From: Minisyncoccota bacterium
GTDB taxonomy: Bacteria; Patescibacteriota; Minisyncoccia; Phycocordibacterales; CAIZLB01
Direction: 5' to 3'
NCBI GenBank assembly: GCA_021734945.1
Contig: JAIPIA010000001.1
Location: 4,465-68,464 of the forward strand
DNA length: 64,000 bases
Made by a program: the position numbers and the translations under genes. This document shows, in pieces, positions 20,625 to 30,965 of this stretch (position 1 is the first letter of the stretch; each line of letters begins with the position of its first letter). Under the pieces are notes generated by a model. That model was not told the origin of the DNA. It was given only the letters and a program-made list of their open reading frames with translations, and did no database searches.

Positions 20625-21368
20625 TCAATTACGTGTTTTATTTGTTTTGATAATTCCTCGACGTATAATTTTTAGCATTAGTATGTAGACGCATATACTA
20701 AAACCGTGTAAGAGCACTTTACCTTTGAGGTCTCCATGATGGAGATAGTAAGTCGCTAACGTAAAGCAAACAAATGTGAGCGTCGTAATAGTTGTTTGCT
20801 CTTTCCTTACCCTTAGCATTTGATCCTTTTTGGTTGCTTTGTAATATGGACGAACTCCACAAGACATCAGAACTGGTCCGAAGCAACAAAATGGGAGTAG
20901 GGTATAAACAATGAAGGGATACATGTTTGCAAACTGGTGCATGACCAGAAGGCAGACTGGGGCAATTAAGCACCATAGCACGCGTCTTGGGTCGTGTGCA
21001 ATCCAATTTGTTTGTTCAACATCTTTAACGGTCTCATCTTCTGAATCGTCCTCACTGTTGTCTCTAAGGTAGCACCACTCGTATCTCCTGAAAATTATCG
21101 GAATTAAGAATGCTGAGTAGACTACAGCAAACACAGATAGAGCTGGAGCTGGGGCTACCAGTACAATTTCTGAACATTTTTTGTACGGTGTCTGTATGAT
21201 TATTGAGAAGTTCAAAGCCATAGAAACTAAAGAGACAGCCATACAGAGAAGACTGAAAGTAAGGCTTGCGTGGAGAAATGAAATCCCAGTAAGCCTTTCA
21301 ATCCAGTGGAAAAGGGGTTTAACGAAGATCCTCATAAAGAGGTTCTCAATGGTACTTATGAATTTCAT
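20625..21368 (-). CDS. Hypothetical multi-pass membrane protein
   Basis: Several hydrophobic segments; likely start MKFISTIENL. Confidence 0.6.
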   Translation of the reverse strand: MKFISTIENLFMRIFVKPLFHWIERLTGISFLHASLTFSLLCMAVSLVSMALNFSIIIQTPYKKCSEIVLVAPAPALSVFAVVYSAFLIPIIFRRYEWCYLRDNSEDDSEDETVKDVEQTNWIAHDPRRVLWCLIAPVCLLVMHQFANMYPFIVYTLLPFCCFGPVLMSCGVRPYYKATKKDQMLRVRKEQTTITTLTFVCFTLATYYLHHGDLKGKVLLHGFSICVYILMLKIIRRGIIKTNKTRN

Positions 21369-21483
21369 GTCGAGGTCCTGGGTTGAGTTGTGGTTTTGTT
21401 CTAGTTGTTCTACAGATATATAAACACATATAAGACTATTGGTCAATGAAGCTCAATAAAGTGCATCGCGATATACTGTACCT

Positions 21484-24400
21484 ATGAAATCCGCTGAAAG
21501 TGCCAACTCAAAACCTCATGTAACTTTTGAAGACCGATACAAAAAGCTTAACACCGCTCAAAAGAAAGCAGTAGATACTATTGAAGGTCCACTCCTTGTG
21601 GTTGCAGGTCCAGGCTCAGGTAAAACAGAAATCCTCAGTTTGCGTGTTGCTAAAATCCTAAAAGAAGCACAGATTCTCCCATCAAATATTCTTTGTCTCA
21701 CCTTTACCGATTCAGCAGCTGTAAACATGCGTGACCGACTCTCACGACTTATTGGCGCTGAGGCGTATCGTGTTTCGATTCATACATTTCACAGCTTCTC
21801 AGTGGATATTATTCAAAAATATCCTGAGTTTTTTTATAAAGGTGCAATCTTTAGTCCTGCCGATGCGGTTTCACAGATTGGAATTTTGGAAAGTATTTTC
21901 GACTCATTGCCGCACAAAGATTTATTGAAGTCTTCGCACCCAGAAGAAGGTTATACGTATTTACAAGATGTTTCTAGAGTAATCGGATATTTGAAGAAGG
22001 CAGGCATTACTCCAAGTCGCTTTGCAGATATCATTGAGAAAAATAGTGAGGCTGTAGAAAAAATAAATTCAATCCTTGTACCTGCAGCAGAAAAGCGTGT
22101 ATCAGCTGCTGTTATTGCAGAACTTAAAAATGCTGCAGAATCTTTAAGATCTTGTTCGACTGCGGGCGGGGCATCAGAGACTGGGCAATATATTGGCGAA
22201 TTTCCTGCACTTGAACATGCAGTTGCTCTGACACTACTTGAAGCTATTGATACAGCTGAAAAGACTGAGAAAAATGAGCCTATTTCAAAATGGAAAGCTA
22301 AGTGGTTTAAAGCCAACGATGAGGGAGAAAAGGTGTTTAGAGACACATTAAACCTCGATAAAATGCGCTCTGTGGCACATATATATAAGCAGTACCGTGA
22401 GGTCATGCATGCGCGTTGCCTGTTCGATTTCGACGATATGATATTGGACGTGATTGAGGCGATTCAAACGCATCCACGGCTCAAATTTGACCTTCAGGAG
22501 CAATATCAGTACGTGTTGGTAGACGAGTTTCAGGATACCAACAATGCCCAAATGAAGATTCTTTCTTTAGTGCTTGATGCTGAGGTAAATGAGGGTCGAC
22601 CGAACATTATGGTAGTGGGAGATGACGACCAAGCAGTATACAAATTTCAAGGTGCTGAACTTTCAAATATTCTCAATTTTAAGGAAATGTATACCGATGT
22701 TGAGGTTGTAAACATGACTGCCAACTATCGATCTACACAGGAAATTCTCGATACAGCGACAAAGATTATTCGAAAAGGAGAACATCGTCTTGAAAATATT
22801 TTGCCTGCATTTGAAAAGACTTTGGTGTCTTCAAATAAAGATTTGGCAAAAGGTGGAATTGTACACAAAGTATTTGATACAAGTCTTCACGAATATCACT
22901 ATGTATCACGAAGAATCAAATCTTTGATTGAGTCAGGTGTACCTGCGGAAGATATCGCAGTGATTGCACGAAAACATAAACAACTTGAAGCGATTGTACC
23001 GTATCTACAAGGTGCACGAGTACCTATTCGATATGAAAGAGAACAGAACGTATTCCTTGAGCCTCATATTGAACAGATTATAATCATGTCTCGATTTATT
23101 CAATCAGTGTCTGCAAAAGATATGCAGGAGGCTGATGAATTTTTGCCAAAGATTTTAGCGTTTCCATTCTTTAGTGTTTCTCGAATCGCAATTTGGAATA
23201 TTTCTAAACAAGCATATGCAGAGCGGAAGACATGGCTTGAGTGCATGCTTGAAGATACGAGTGGATCGCTCGCGCCTCTAGCAAACTTTTTTATTGAGCT
23301 CGGCGCCATGGCCCGTGTTGAGCCTCTCGAAAAAGTACTCGATATTCTTATTGGTGCGCACGTTGAACTGATTGCTGAATCTGAAGAGGATGAAGATCTA
23401 GCAGAAGATGCTACGAATGTTGCGCAAGGAAAGGCTGAAAAAAGTACGCAGAAAAATCCAGGTGTTGCAGAAAAATCTGCAAAGATGCACGCAGACACAA
23501 ACAGCAAATATGCAATCGGCGGATACTCAAGTCCTTTCAAGGCGTATTACTTTAGTAAGGAACGATTCGAGCATGCACGAGCTGAATACTTAGCATTCCT
23601 CTCAAGTCTCCGAGTATTTGTGCGAGCACTTCGAGAATTTAAAGGTAAGGATGGTAGTGCTGAGCAACTCTATATTAGCGACCTTATTTACTTCGTTGAT
23701 ATTCATGTGAAGAATGGTATTACGCTCAATGACCTCAGCCCGTTTGCAAACTCTTCAAAAGCGGTGAGTCTTCTTTCTGCTCACAAAGCTAAGGGTCTCG
23801 AATTCGACACAGTGTTTGTGCTTTCTTGCCAAGACGATGTCTGGGCTGGACGAGGTGCACCAAAGCGAATCTCAATGCCTGCAAACCTTCCTATTGAACC
23901 AGCAGGAGACAATGAAGACGATCAACTTCGACTTTTTTATGTAGCACTTACACGAGCAAAGCGAAATTTGTATATGACATCATACAAAATTAAAGATGAT
24001 GGAAAAGAATCACAGAAACTTCGATTTCTTACTGAGCACGAAGAAACTGACGCTCCAATGGAAAAAGAATTCGGAACTATTTACACTCCAGAAACTCATG
24101 AACTTCTTACTTCGTCTTGGCTTCTATATCACACACCACCATTCATGGGTGAAGAAGAGGAATTGCTTAAATCATTACTTGAAAACTATCAACTTTCAGT
24201 AACACATCTCAATAACTTTTTAAATGTTTCTAAGGGTGGTCCTCAGTCTTTCCTTGAACAAAATCTTCTACGATTTCCACAAGCTAAAACCCCATCTAGT
24301 GCGTACGGTACAGCAATCCACAGTACGCTTGAACGTGTGTCTGTAAAACTTCGACACGACGGTATTCTTGCAACTAAAGAAGAATGTCTCGATTGGTTCA

Positions 24401-25062
24401 CTCAGTACCTTCGAAAAGAAAGACTTTCAAATCAGGATTTCGATCAATACAGTGAACGTGGTCTCACGGCGTTGGATGCTTTTTATGACCAGCGAATTGC
24501 TCCACAAGGCGATGTAAGTGGAGATGCAAGTACTAAGGTTCAAGGTGGTACTAGCGGATTCAAAGCAACTGATAAGACAGAAATTAACTTTAAAGATCAA
24601 GGAGTAGTTATTGAGAGCATGGTTGGCGACGAAAGACTAAAAGCACACCTCACAGGTAAGCTTGATCGTCTCGTAGACTTGGGTGGTGGGCGAGCAGAGG
24701 TTATAGACTATAAAACTGGCAAAGCTAAAAGCGAATGGAAGCCGGGCACTGAGTATGAAAAAATAAAATTGTATGAGTATGAAAGACAGCTCATGTTCTA
24801 TCATATCCTCCTTGAGCAAGCGCGAGACTATAAGCGAAACTTTAGATTTGAAAAAGGAGTTTTACAATTCGTAGAACCTTTGCAGAATGGAAAAATAGTA
24901 GAGCTTGCACTTAATGAGGACGCAGAAAAGAAAACTCGTACAGAACGATTGGCGCTCATTGTCTTCAATAAAATAATAAACCTAGATTTTCCTGATACAT
25001 CTACATATGGTGAGAAGCTTGAGGATATAATTGCTTTTGAGGATAGTTTGTTGGGAAAATAG
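21484..25062 (+). CDS. UvrD/PcrA-type SF1 helicase fused to C-terminal PD-(D/E)XK nuclease (AddA/AdnAB-like)
   Basis: AGPGSGKT, VDEFQDTN, AHKAKGLEF, YVALTRAK; C-terminal GKLDRL..IDYKTG. Confidence 0.92.
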   Translation: MKSAESANSKPHVTFEDRYKKLNTAQKKAVDTIEGPLLVVAGPGSGKTEILSLRVAKILKEAQILPSNILCLTFTDSAAVNMRDRLSRLIGAEAYRVSIHTFHSFSVDIIQKYPEFFYKGAIFSPADAVSQIGILESIFDSLPHKDLLKSSHPEEGYTYLQDVSRVIGYLKKAGITPSRFADIIEKNSEAVEKINSILVPAAEKRVSAAVIAELKNAAESLRSCSTAGGASETGQYIGEFPALEHAVALTLLEAIDTAEKTEKNEPISKWKAKWFKANDEGEKVFRDTLNLDKMRSVAHIYKQYREVMHARCLFDFDDMILDVIEAIQTHPRLKFDLQEQYQYVLVDEFQDTNNAQMKILSLVLDAEVNEGRPNIMVVGDDDQAVYKFQGAELSNILNFKEMYTDVEVVNMTANYRSTQEILDTATKIIRKGEHRLENILPAFEKTLVSSNKDLAKGGIVHKVFDTSLHEYHYVSRRIKSLIESGVPAEDIAVIARKHKQLEAIVPYLQGARVPIRYEREQNVFLEPHIEQIIIMSRFIQSVSAKDMQEADEFLPKILAFPFFSVSRIAIWNISKQAYAERKTWLECMLEDTSGSLAPLANFFIELGAMARVEPLEKVLDILIGAHVELIAESEEDEDLAEDATNVAQGKAEKSTQKNPGVAEKSAKMHADTNSKYAIGGYSSPFKAYYFSKERFEHARAEYLAFLSSLRVFVRALREFKGKDGSAEQLYISDLIYFVDIHVKNGITLNDLSPFANSSKAVSLLSAHKAKGLEFDTVFVLSCQDDVWAGRGAPKRISMPANLPIEPAGDNEDDQLRLFYVALTRAKRNLYMTSYKIKDDGKESQKLRFLTEHEETDAPMEKEFGTIYTPETHELLTSSWLLYHTPPFMGEEEELLKSLLENYQLSVTHLNNFLNVSKGGPQSFLEQNLLRFPQAKTPSSAYGTAIHSTLERVSVKLRHDGILATKEECLDWFTQYLRKERLSNQDFDQYSERGLTALDAFYDQRIAPQGDVSGDASTKVQGGTSGFKATDKTEINFKDQGVVIESMVGDERLKAHLTGKLDRLVDLGGGRAEVIDYKTGKAKSEWKPGTEYEKIKLYEYERQLMFYHILLEQARDYKRNFRFEKGVLQFVEPLQNGKIVELALNEDAEKKTRTERLALIVFNKIINLDFPDTSTYGEKLEDIIAFEDSLLGK

Positions 25063-25080
25063 TAATTTTAATGGGAACTA

Positions 25081-25905
25081 TTAAGAATTCAGTTTGACGA
25101 GTTTTCTCGCAATCTTTTCATTTTGGTCATATTTTTTAAGCATGTACTTCGTTGAATCAAACATACTTTTAATTAAATCAAAGACGTCCTTGTTTTTTAT
25201 TATCACTCCAAATTCTTCAAACCAATTCACAATAGCTACTTTGTCTTCGTAAAGATATATTTCTGCTTTTGTATCTTTTAAAAAGATTGCTGGCAATGAG
25301 GCGGTGTCTGCAGATCTGTTCGAAAAGCTTTTCAAAAGTTCCTCTGCTTCTTTTTTTGTTAATGTCTCTACCATTGAATCAGTACCTTTTTCGTGAATAA
25401 TTCCTTCAGCTATAAGTTTTTTTGAATTAACGATTCTGTTAAATTTAATTATCTCACTAATAGGATTTAGTGTTATTGCACCAATGATAGACTTTTCCGG
25501 CTGGATACCGTAGAAGCGAGAATGGGGTGCCATTTTAGCAATGTCTTCGAATACTTGTATAACATTTTCATTACCTTGATTTAGTACTAGTGCTGACGAT
25601 TTTGAAATATCTACTGTAAGATTTTTCTTAGTAATTTCTTTATTTTGCAAAAAGAGGGAGGCGTATTTCTTTTGAACGTCCTCAATCTTTTCAGTGCTCC
25701 AGTATATTTTTTTCTTCTCCTGTCTTTTTTTAATGAAGCCTCTTTGTTCGAGGCGAGGGAGGATGTAATAGAGTGACGTCCTTGGAATGTTACTAAGTAT
25801 TGAAAGTTCAGAAATTACTAATTTTTGTTTAGAAAGGGATTTTATTATTGATAAATCATTTGAGTCCAAACCCAATAAAAGTGCATTTTCTTTAGATAAA
25901 AACAT
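25081..25905 (-). CDS. TrmB-like HTH transcriptional regulator
   Basis: ISELSILSNIPRTSLYYILPRLEQRGFI wHTH; C-terminal IYLYEDKVAIV. Confidence 0.75.
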   Translation of the reverse strand: MFLSKENALLLGLDSNDLSIIKSLSKQKLVISELSILSNIPRTSLYYILPRLEQRGFIKKRQEKKKIYWSTEKIEDVQKKYASLFLQNKEITKKNLTVDISKSSALVLNQGNENVIQVFEDIAKMAPHSRFYGIQPEKSIIGAITLNPISEIIKFNRIVNSKKLIAEGIIHEKGTDSMVETLTKKEAEELLKSFSNRSADTASLPAIFLKDTKAEIYLYEDKVAIVNWFEEFGVIIKNKDVFDLIKSMFDSTKYMLKKYDQNEKIARKLVKLNS

Positions 25906-26045
25906 ATAAGAAGTGTATAATATGTCGAAATTTTAGTCAAATTAAGTATATAAATATGTTTAAAAATAAGGTTATTTTAGAATATTTGGTATAGAAATAT
26001 TCTCTTTTACATACCTTATTTATGTGTGTTATAGTTTTTCACATT

Positions 26046-27131
26046 ATGAATAAACAAATTAAAATAATAGGTGTTCTAATAGTGGTTGTTGCTATTTTTG
26101 GTATATTAAATATTACTAATCAGAATAAAGAATCAAAGGTAGTGACCCTTGGTTTAATGCTTCCATTGTCAGGAGATTATGCTGTTGCTGGTCAAAACTA
26201 TCAAAAAGGAGTTGAGTTAGCTTTGAATCAATACAAAAAGCAGTTTCCAAATAAAACTATAAAATTAGTAGTAGAAGACGATGGTTTCGATGTTAAAAAA
26301 GGAGTTAGTGCATATAAGAAATTGATTAATTATGATCATATCGATGCTTTGATGATGCTTTCAACGCCAGTAATTGATGCAATACACGAAGATGTAGTAA
26401 AAGACGGCATTCCTGTGATGCAACTTGGTGTTCAGACTGTAGGTATTTCTGATGATAATATTTTGCAGATGAGTCCATCGGGTGAAACTCCTTTGAGAGA
26501 GTTTGCACAGTACTTGGAAAAGAATCACACCTTTTCTAAAGTTGCTGTTGTATACGACAATACTGGTGCAGGAAATAGTTTTTATAAAGCTTTTAGTGAA
26601 GGGTATTCTAAGGACTTTTCTCCTTTCATTATTAACACTAAAGCTGATATTCGTGGGCATGCTATAAAAATTGCTGCTGAAAAATATGATGCTGTCGTTA
26701 TTTTAACTTCACCCGAGAATGGTGCGCTCTTTGTTAAAGAAATTTCAACACTAGATAAAACTCTACCTTTCTTTGGGTTCGATGCTCAACTTCAAACAGG
26801 TTTTGCTGATTATGGAAGAATACTGGGTGGAACTGATAAGTTGAATGGTGCAGAGTCTCTCTGGTTAAAATCTGGTAATGCTGATCAGTTTAAAAAATTA
26901 TATGCTGAAAAGTATAATACAGAGCCAGGATTTATATCAGATTTCGGCTATGATATTTTAAATGTGCTTATGAAAAATTATTCTAACGACAAGACAAGCT
27001 GGTTGAATAATATAAAGAAAGAGAACAAAGAAGGTGTTTCGGGTCCTATTTCATTTGATAATAACGGTGTAAGAATTCAGCCTATTGTTATAAATAAGGT
27101 AATAGATGGTAAGTTGATCCAGATACAATAA
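26046..27131 (+). CDS. LivJ/K-like (periplasmic binding protein type 1) substrate-binding protein
   Basis: TM anchor; LGLMLPLSGDYA..G, VEDDG and GVSGPISFDNNG motifs. Confidence 0.85.
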   Translation: MNKQIKIIGVLIVVVAIFGILNITNQNKESKVVTLGLMLPLSGDYAVAGQNYQKGVELALNQYKKQFPNKTIKLVVEDDGFDVKKGVSAYKKLINYDHIDALMMLSTPVIDAIHEDVVKDGIPVMQLGVQTVGISDDNILQMSPSGETPLREFAQYLEKNHTFSKVAVVYDNTGAGNSFYKAFSEGYSKDFSPFIINTKADIRGHAIKIAAEKYDAVVILTSPENGALFVKEISTLDKTLPFFGFDAQLQTGFADYGRILGGTDKLNGAESLWLKSGNADQFKKLYAEKYNTEPGFISDFGYDILNVLMKNYSNDKTSWLNNIKKENKEGVSGPISFDNNGVRIQPIVINKVIDGKLIQIQ

Positions 27132-27173
27132 AATAATGATCTAACTTAAATTAAGGAGAAAAAAAGTGAGTAA

Positions 27174-27213
27174 ACAAAAAAACCACCAGACTTTCATCGG
27201 TGGTTTTTTTTGT
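27174..27213. terminator. Bidirectional intrinsic terminator
   Basis: A-tract, ACCACC..GGTGGT stem, T-tract between convergent genes. Confidence 0.75.
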
Positions 27214-27237
27214 ATTTAATTTAATCGAATAAGGAGA

Positions 27238-27981
27238 TTACTTTAAGAAACTATCAAGTACCGCCTTCATTGATTCGTAAGGAAGCGCTCCGAGACTTGA
27301 ACCCTGGTCGTTCACTAGAGGAACTGTCTGAACCTTTGATCCATCTTTTACCAAGAGAACTGTGTAAGGTGTACCTCGAGCACCAGCTTTGAGGCCTGCA
27401 TTTTTAGCTTCAGTGATCTTTGCTTTGTATTTTCCACTATCAAGACATTTTACAAAAGCTGCTTTATCCAAACCTACTTGTTCTGCGAATTCAGGAAGCT
27501 TAGCGAGATCTAGACCATCGTTTGATGGAGTGTTTTCGTAAACTGTTCCAATGTAATCCCAGAAAGCTTTTGCTCCACCAAGTTCATTTGCACATTCAGT
27601 TGCTTCAGCTTCTTTTGGTGCTTTTGTGTGGAAATCAAGAGGGAAGTGTCGGTATACCCAAGCAATCTTTCCAGCTTTTCCGTACTCACTAAAAATCTTT
27701 GAGAGTGTCTGATGATGTCGTTTACAGAAAGGACATTCAGTATCTGAATATTCAACGATAGTAACCTTTGCTTTTGAAGCATCTCCTTGAATGTGGTCAA
27801 CTTCTGTAACTGGAGCAATTTCTACTTCAGGAGCACCTTGTGCGTTTTTAGCAATATCAGCAACTCCTACTTTCGCTCCAACGTTAGCTGGTTTTGAATT
27901 TGTAAGATAGATAGCACCTGCGATAAGTGCACCTGCGACTATTATTGAAACTGGAACAACTAATTTGTGAATGGTATGCAT
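27238..27981 (-). CDS. DsbA-like thioredoxin-domain protein
   Basis: EYSDTECPFC, YRHFPL and GTP motifs; N-terminal TM. Confidence 0.9.
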   Translation of the reverse strand: MHTIHKLVVPVSIIVAGALIAGAIYLTNSKPANVGAKVGVADIAKNAQGAPEVEIAPVTEVDHIQGDASKAKVTIVEYSDTECPFCKRHHQTLSKIFSEYGKAGKIAWVYRHFPLDFHTKAPKEAEATECANELGGAKAFWDYIGTVYENTPSNDGLDLAKLPEFAEQVGLDKAAFVKCLDSGKYKAKITEAKNAGLKAGARGTPYTVLLVKDGSKVQTVPLVNDQGSSLGALPYESMKAVLDSFLK

Positions 27982-28087
27982 TTGTATTTTGTGCGGTCGT
28001 GCCTCAATCGTTCTGAATGTGGCACTTTGCAAATGATTAATAAATTATGGTCTCAATTATATCATGTAACTCTCAAGTCTAAAAAGC

Positions 28088-28672
28088 CTAAAACGGCAAA
28101 CTAAATGTCATCTTTGTACCGTCACTGTCCTCCCAGCCCGTAGTGTCTATATTGAATTCCACTATTTGCTCATTGTTTCGATAGTCTTTGTATTTGAGCT
28201 TTTTATTCTCGAGTGCATAGTCATGTACTTTCTTTGTAACTTTTACGTCATCAATACAGTATTTGATTATCTTTTCAATTTCACCTTTTTTCCACCACTC
28301 TACAGCTTCGAGACCGTTTCCACTTTTTCCAATACCTAGTGTTCCTTCTGCTATTGCGCCAAGGCCAACTCGATGACCGAGAGACTTACGAACCTCTTTG
28401 AGAAGATCCAAACTTTTCATCTTTAGAATGTCGCCTGAATAATATTTGTTAAGTAATGGCAAGTCAAAATGATCACCATTGAATGTGACTATGGTGTCTG
28501 CTTTTTCCAATATAGGCCAGAGCTTTGAAAGGTCTTCTTGTAAGTAACTTTCATATGTCTCATTGAAAGGATTATAAATACATACAACAGAAATATCTAA
28601 CAATGTTGGATCAGATTTTCCAACATCTTGAAAAATGTTTCTGGTTTCTATGTCTAGGTATACTTTTTTCAT
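28088..28672 (-). CDS. RNase H-like (YprB/DnaQ-type) exonuclease domain protein
   Basis: LDIET, FNGDHFDLP and YCIDDV motifs. Confidence 0.8.
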   Translation of the reverse strand: MKKVYLDIETRNIFQDVGKSDPTLLDISVVCIYNPFNETYESYLQEDLSKLWPILEKADTIVTFNGDHFDLPLLNKYYSGDILKMKSLDLLKEVRKSLGHRVGLGAIAEGTLGIGKSGNGLEAVEWWKKGEIEKIIKYCIDDVKVTKKVHDYALENKKLKYKDYRNNEQIVEFNIDTTGWEDSDGTKMTFSLPF

Positions 28673-28677
28673 CTTAT

Positions 28678-29946
28678 TTATTCCGTCTTTGCTAAATCCT
28701 TAATTGTATAAGTCTTTGATTTTACCTCATCTTCTCCAATTATAACAACTTGAGGAATAGAAAGTTTGCGTGCAGCTTTTGTTTGGTCGCTTATATTTTT
28801 GTAAGAATAGTTGAGCGCTACATTTGTTCCTTTTCCGTCAGCACCTCCTGTAGTACGGAGTTCGTTTGCAACTTCTTCAGCGTACGCTTTGCATTCTACA
28901 TCCATAATACAAATCATAATCTGTGTAGTTGATGTTTGTGCAGGAAGTAGTCCGTGAGTATCTAGAAAATCTCGAATAGTTACATCGCCCATACCAAAAC
29001 CAAATGCAGGAAGTGATTCGCCACCAAAAAGACTCATAAGGTTGTCATATCGTCCACCACCAAAAAGTGAACGATTGTTTGCAGGGTCTGTATCGAATAC
29101 TTCAAAGACAGTACCTGTATAGTAGTCGAATCCACGGATGATATTTTCATCATACTCAACATTTGTAACTCCTCGTGCTTGTAGAGATGAGATAACCAAA
29201 TCAAGTTCTTCTTTTGCTTGTCGAATAGCAGGGAAGGCCATTGCTTCTTCGTACTGTGAACTTGTGTGACTGAGATTTAGGAATTCAAAAGGCTTGCCAA
29301 CAATCTTTTCTGCTTCCATGTAGAATACTTCTTCAGGCATCTTAGCTTTTTTATCCATGTGTCGCTGAAGAGCTTTTGACTGAGCCTCATCAAGTTCATA
29401 CCATGTTCCAAACACAGCGTTCATGAGTTTTCGACTACTCACTTTAATAATAAAGTCAGAATTTTTAGCACCAAAATTTTTCATAATCTCATATGCAACT
29501 GCAATCAACTCTACATCAGCTTCTGTAGTTCCTAGACCAAACATATCCACGTTGAGTTGCCAGTGTTCTCGTAGTCGTCCACGCTGTGGTCTTTCGTATC
29601 GGAATACATTTGGAATTGAATACCATCGAAGAGGAAAGCCAAGCTCTCGTCGCTTGCCAGCAACCATACGTGCAACAGTTGGAGTCATTTCAGGTCGAAG
29701 TGTAACTTCTCGATCCCCTCGGTCTGTGAATGTATATGTTTGCTCATTTACAATTTCTTCACTTGTCTTTGCTTTATAAAGTTCTGCAGGTTCAAGAATA
29801 GAGGCGTTATATTCAGTAAAGCCAAATTTTTCAACAGTTTTTTTCCATACAGAAAATATATGGTTTTGGATGGCCATATCTTCTGGATAAAAATCTCGTA
29901 CGCCCTTGTAGGGTTCTGTACTTACATTGCTGTTGTTTTTTGACAT
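28678..29946 (-). CDS. hisS: Histidine--tRNA ligase
   Basis: KGVRDF, LRPEMT, FRYERPQRGRLREH, RGFDYYTG and GGGRYD motifs. Confidence 0.97.
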   Translation of the reverse strand: MSKNNSNVSTEPYKGVRDFYPEDMAIQNHIFSVWKKTVEKFGFTEYNASILEPAELYKAKTSEEIVNEQTYTFTDRGDREVTLRPEMTPTVARMVAGKRRELGFPLRWYSIPNVFRYERPQRGRLREHWQLNVDMFGLGTTEADVELIAVAYEIMKNFGAKNSDFIIKVSSRKLMNAVFGTWYELDEAQSKALQRHMDKKAKMPEEVFYMEAEKIVGKPFEFLNLSHTSSQYEEAMAFPAIRQAKEELDLVISSLQARGVTNVEYDENIIRGFDYYTGTVFEVFDTDPANNRSLFGGGRYDNLMSLFGGESLPAFGFGMGDVTIRDFLDTHGLLPAQTSTTQIMICIMDVECKAYAEEVANELRTTGGADGKGTNVALNYSYKNISDQTKAARKLSIPQVVIIGEDEVKSKTYTIKDLAKTE

Positions 29947-29975
29947 AATACATACTATTCTAACGTATAATTCAA

Positions 29976-30884
29976 ATGAATGTAATCTCCAAAGACGAAT
30001 TAATACGTGGTCTTCTTGATACCTCTGCACTAGAGGGTGGTTTAGACGTTTCAGGGGTTGTTGCAGATTCTGTTCCAGAGGTAAAAGGGTCTTTGGTTCA
30101 TACTATTAAGGGGATAATCCCAGTGTATAAGGAGTGGGGTAAGACGCCTCTTGAAATGCTTAATTTGCTCAAGGAAAAATATCCAAGAATAGCAGATCTG
30201 CCTTTGAGTTATGCAGGGAGACTTGATCCTCTCGCAGAGGGACTCATGCTTGTACTTGTAGGTGATACAAATCAGGATAGGGAAAAATACCTACATCTCG
30301 ATAAGACATATGAAGTCGAAATTCTATTTGGAGTAAAGACAGATACGGGTGACTTGTTTGGTATTCCAGAAGTTGAAGGGCATGTTTCTAGCTCGTTTGA
30401 ATCTTCTTCTAATGATTTAGAAGAAATACTAAAATCTTTTGTAGGCAAACAGCAGTTTCCATATCCTGTGTATTCATCTAAAACTGTGCAGGGTAAACCT
30501 CTTTTTCAGTGGATGAATGAAGGTAAAATAAGTGAGATTGAAATTCCTAAGACAGATGTCGAAATTTATTCGATTAAGACCTTAGGTAAATTACAGAACA
30601 TAAACGGCACAGCAATTTTAGAAAAAATTGAGAACTCACTTAAGATTGTAAAAGGAGATTTTAGATATAAAGAAATAGAGGAAGGATGGAATACTCTTCT
30701 TAGTGAAAAAGTGTGTCAGAATTTTTATACACTAAAAATTGAATGTTCATGTTCATCAGGTACGTATATGAGAGTTCTTGCTGAAGAAATCGGTAAGAAA
30801 GTTGATATGCCTTCTTTGGCGTATTCAATACGCCGAACACTGGTTGGGGAAGTTGATATTGTTAAAGCTATACATATTGTGTAG
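29976..30884 (+). CDS. truB: tRNA pseudouridine-55 synthase (no PUA domain)
   Basis: AGRLDPLAEGL, TDTGD and CSSGTYMR motifs. Confidence 0.9.
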   Translation: MNVISKDELIRGLLDTSALEGGLDVSGVVADSVPEVKGSLVHTIKGIIPVYKEWGKTPLEMLNLLKEKYPRIADLPLSYAGRLDPLAEGLMLVLVGDTNQDREKYLHLDKTYEVEILFGVKTDTGDLFGIPEVEGHVSSSFESSSNDLEEILKSFVGKQQFPYPVYSSKTVQGKPLFQWMNEGKISEIEIPKTDVEIYSIKTLGKLQNINGTAILEKIENSLKIVKGDFRYKEIEEGWNTLLSEKVCQNFYTLKIECSCSSGTYMRVLAEEIGKKVDMPSLAYSIRRTLVGEVDIVKAIHIV

Positions 30885-30965
30885 TAAATACTTGTAGTCG
30901 TTTGCACTGGTTTTTTTTTATTTTTTATTTATCTGTACATCATGTCTCCTTGCTAGGATGCTGAT

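Noticed and set aside
29947-30030. Extended hisS start overlapping truB
   Set aside because: HisS motif begins just after ATG 29946; the extension would overlap the divergent gene
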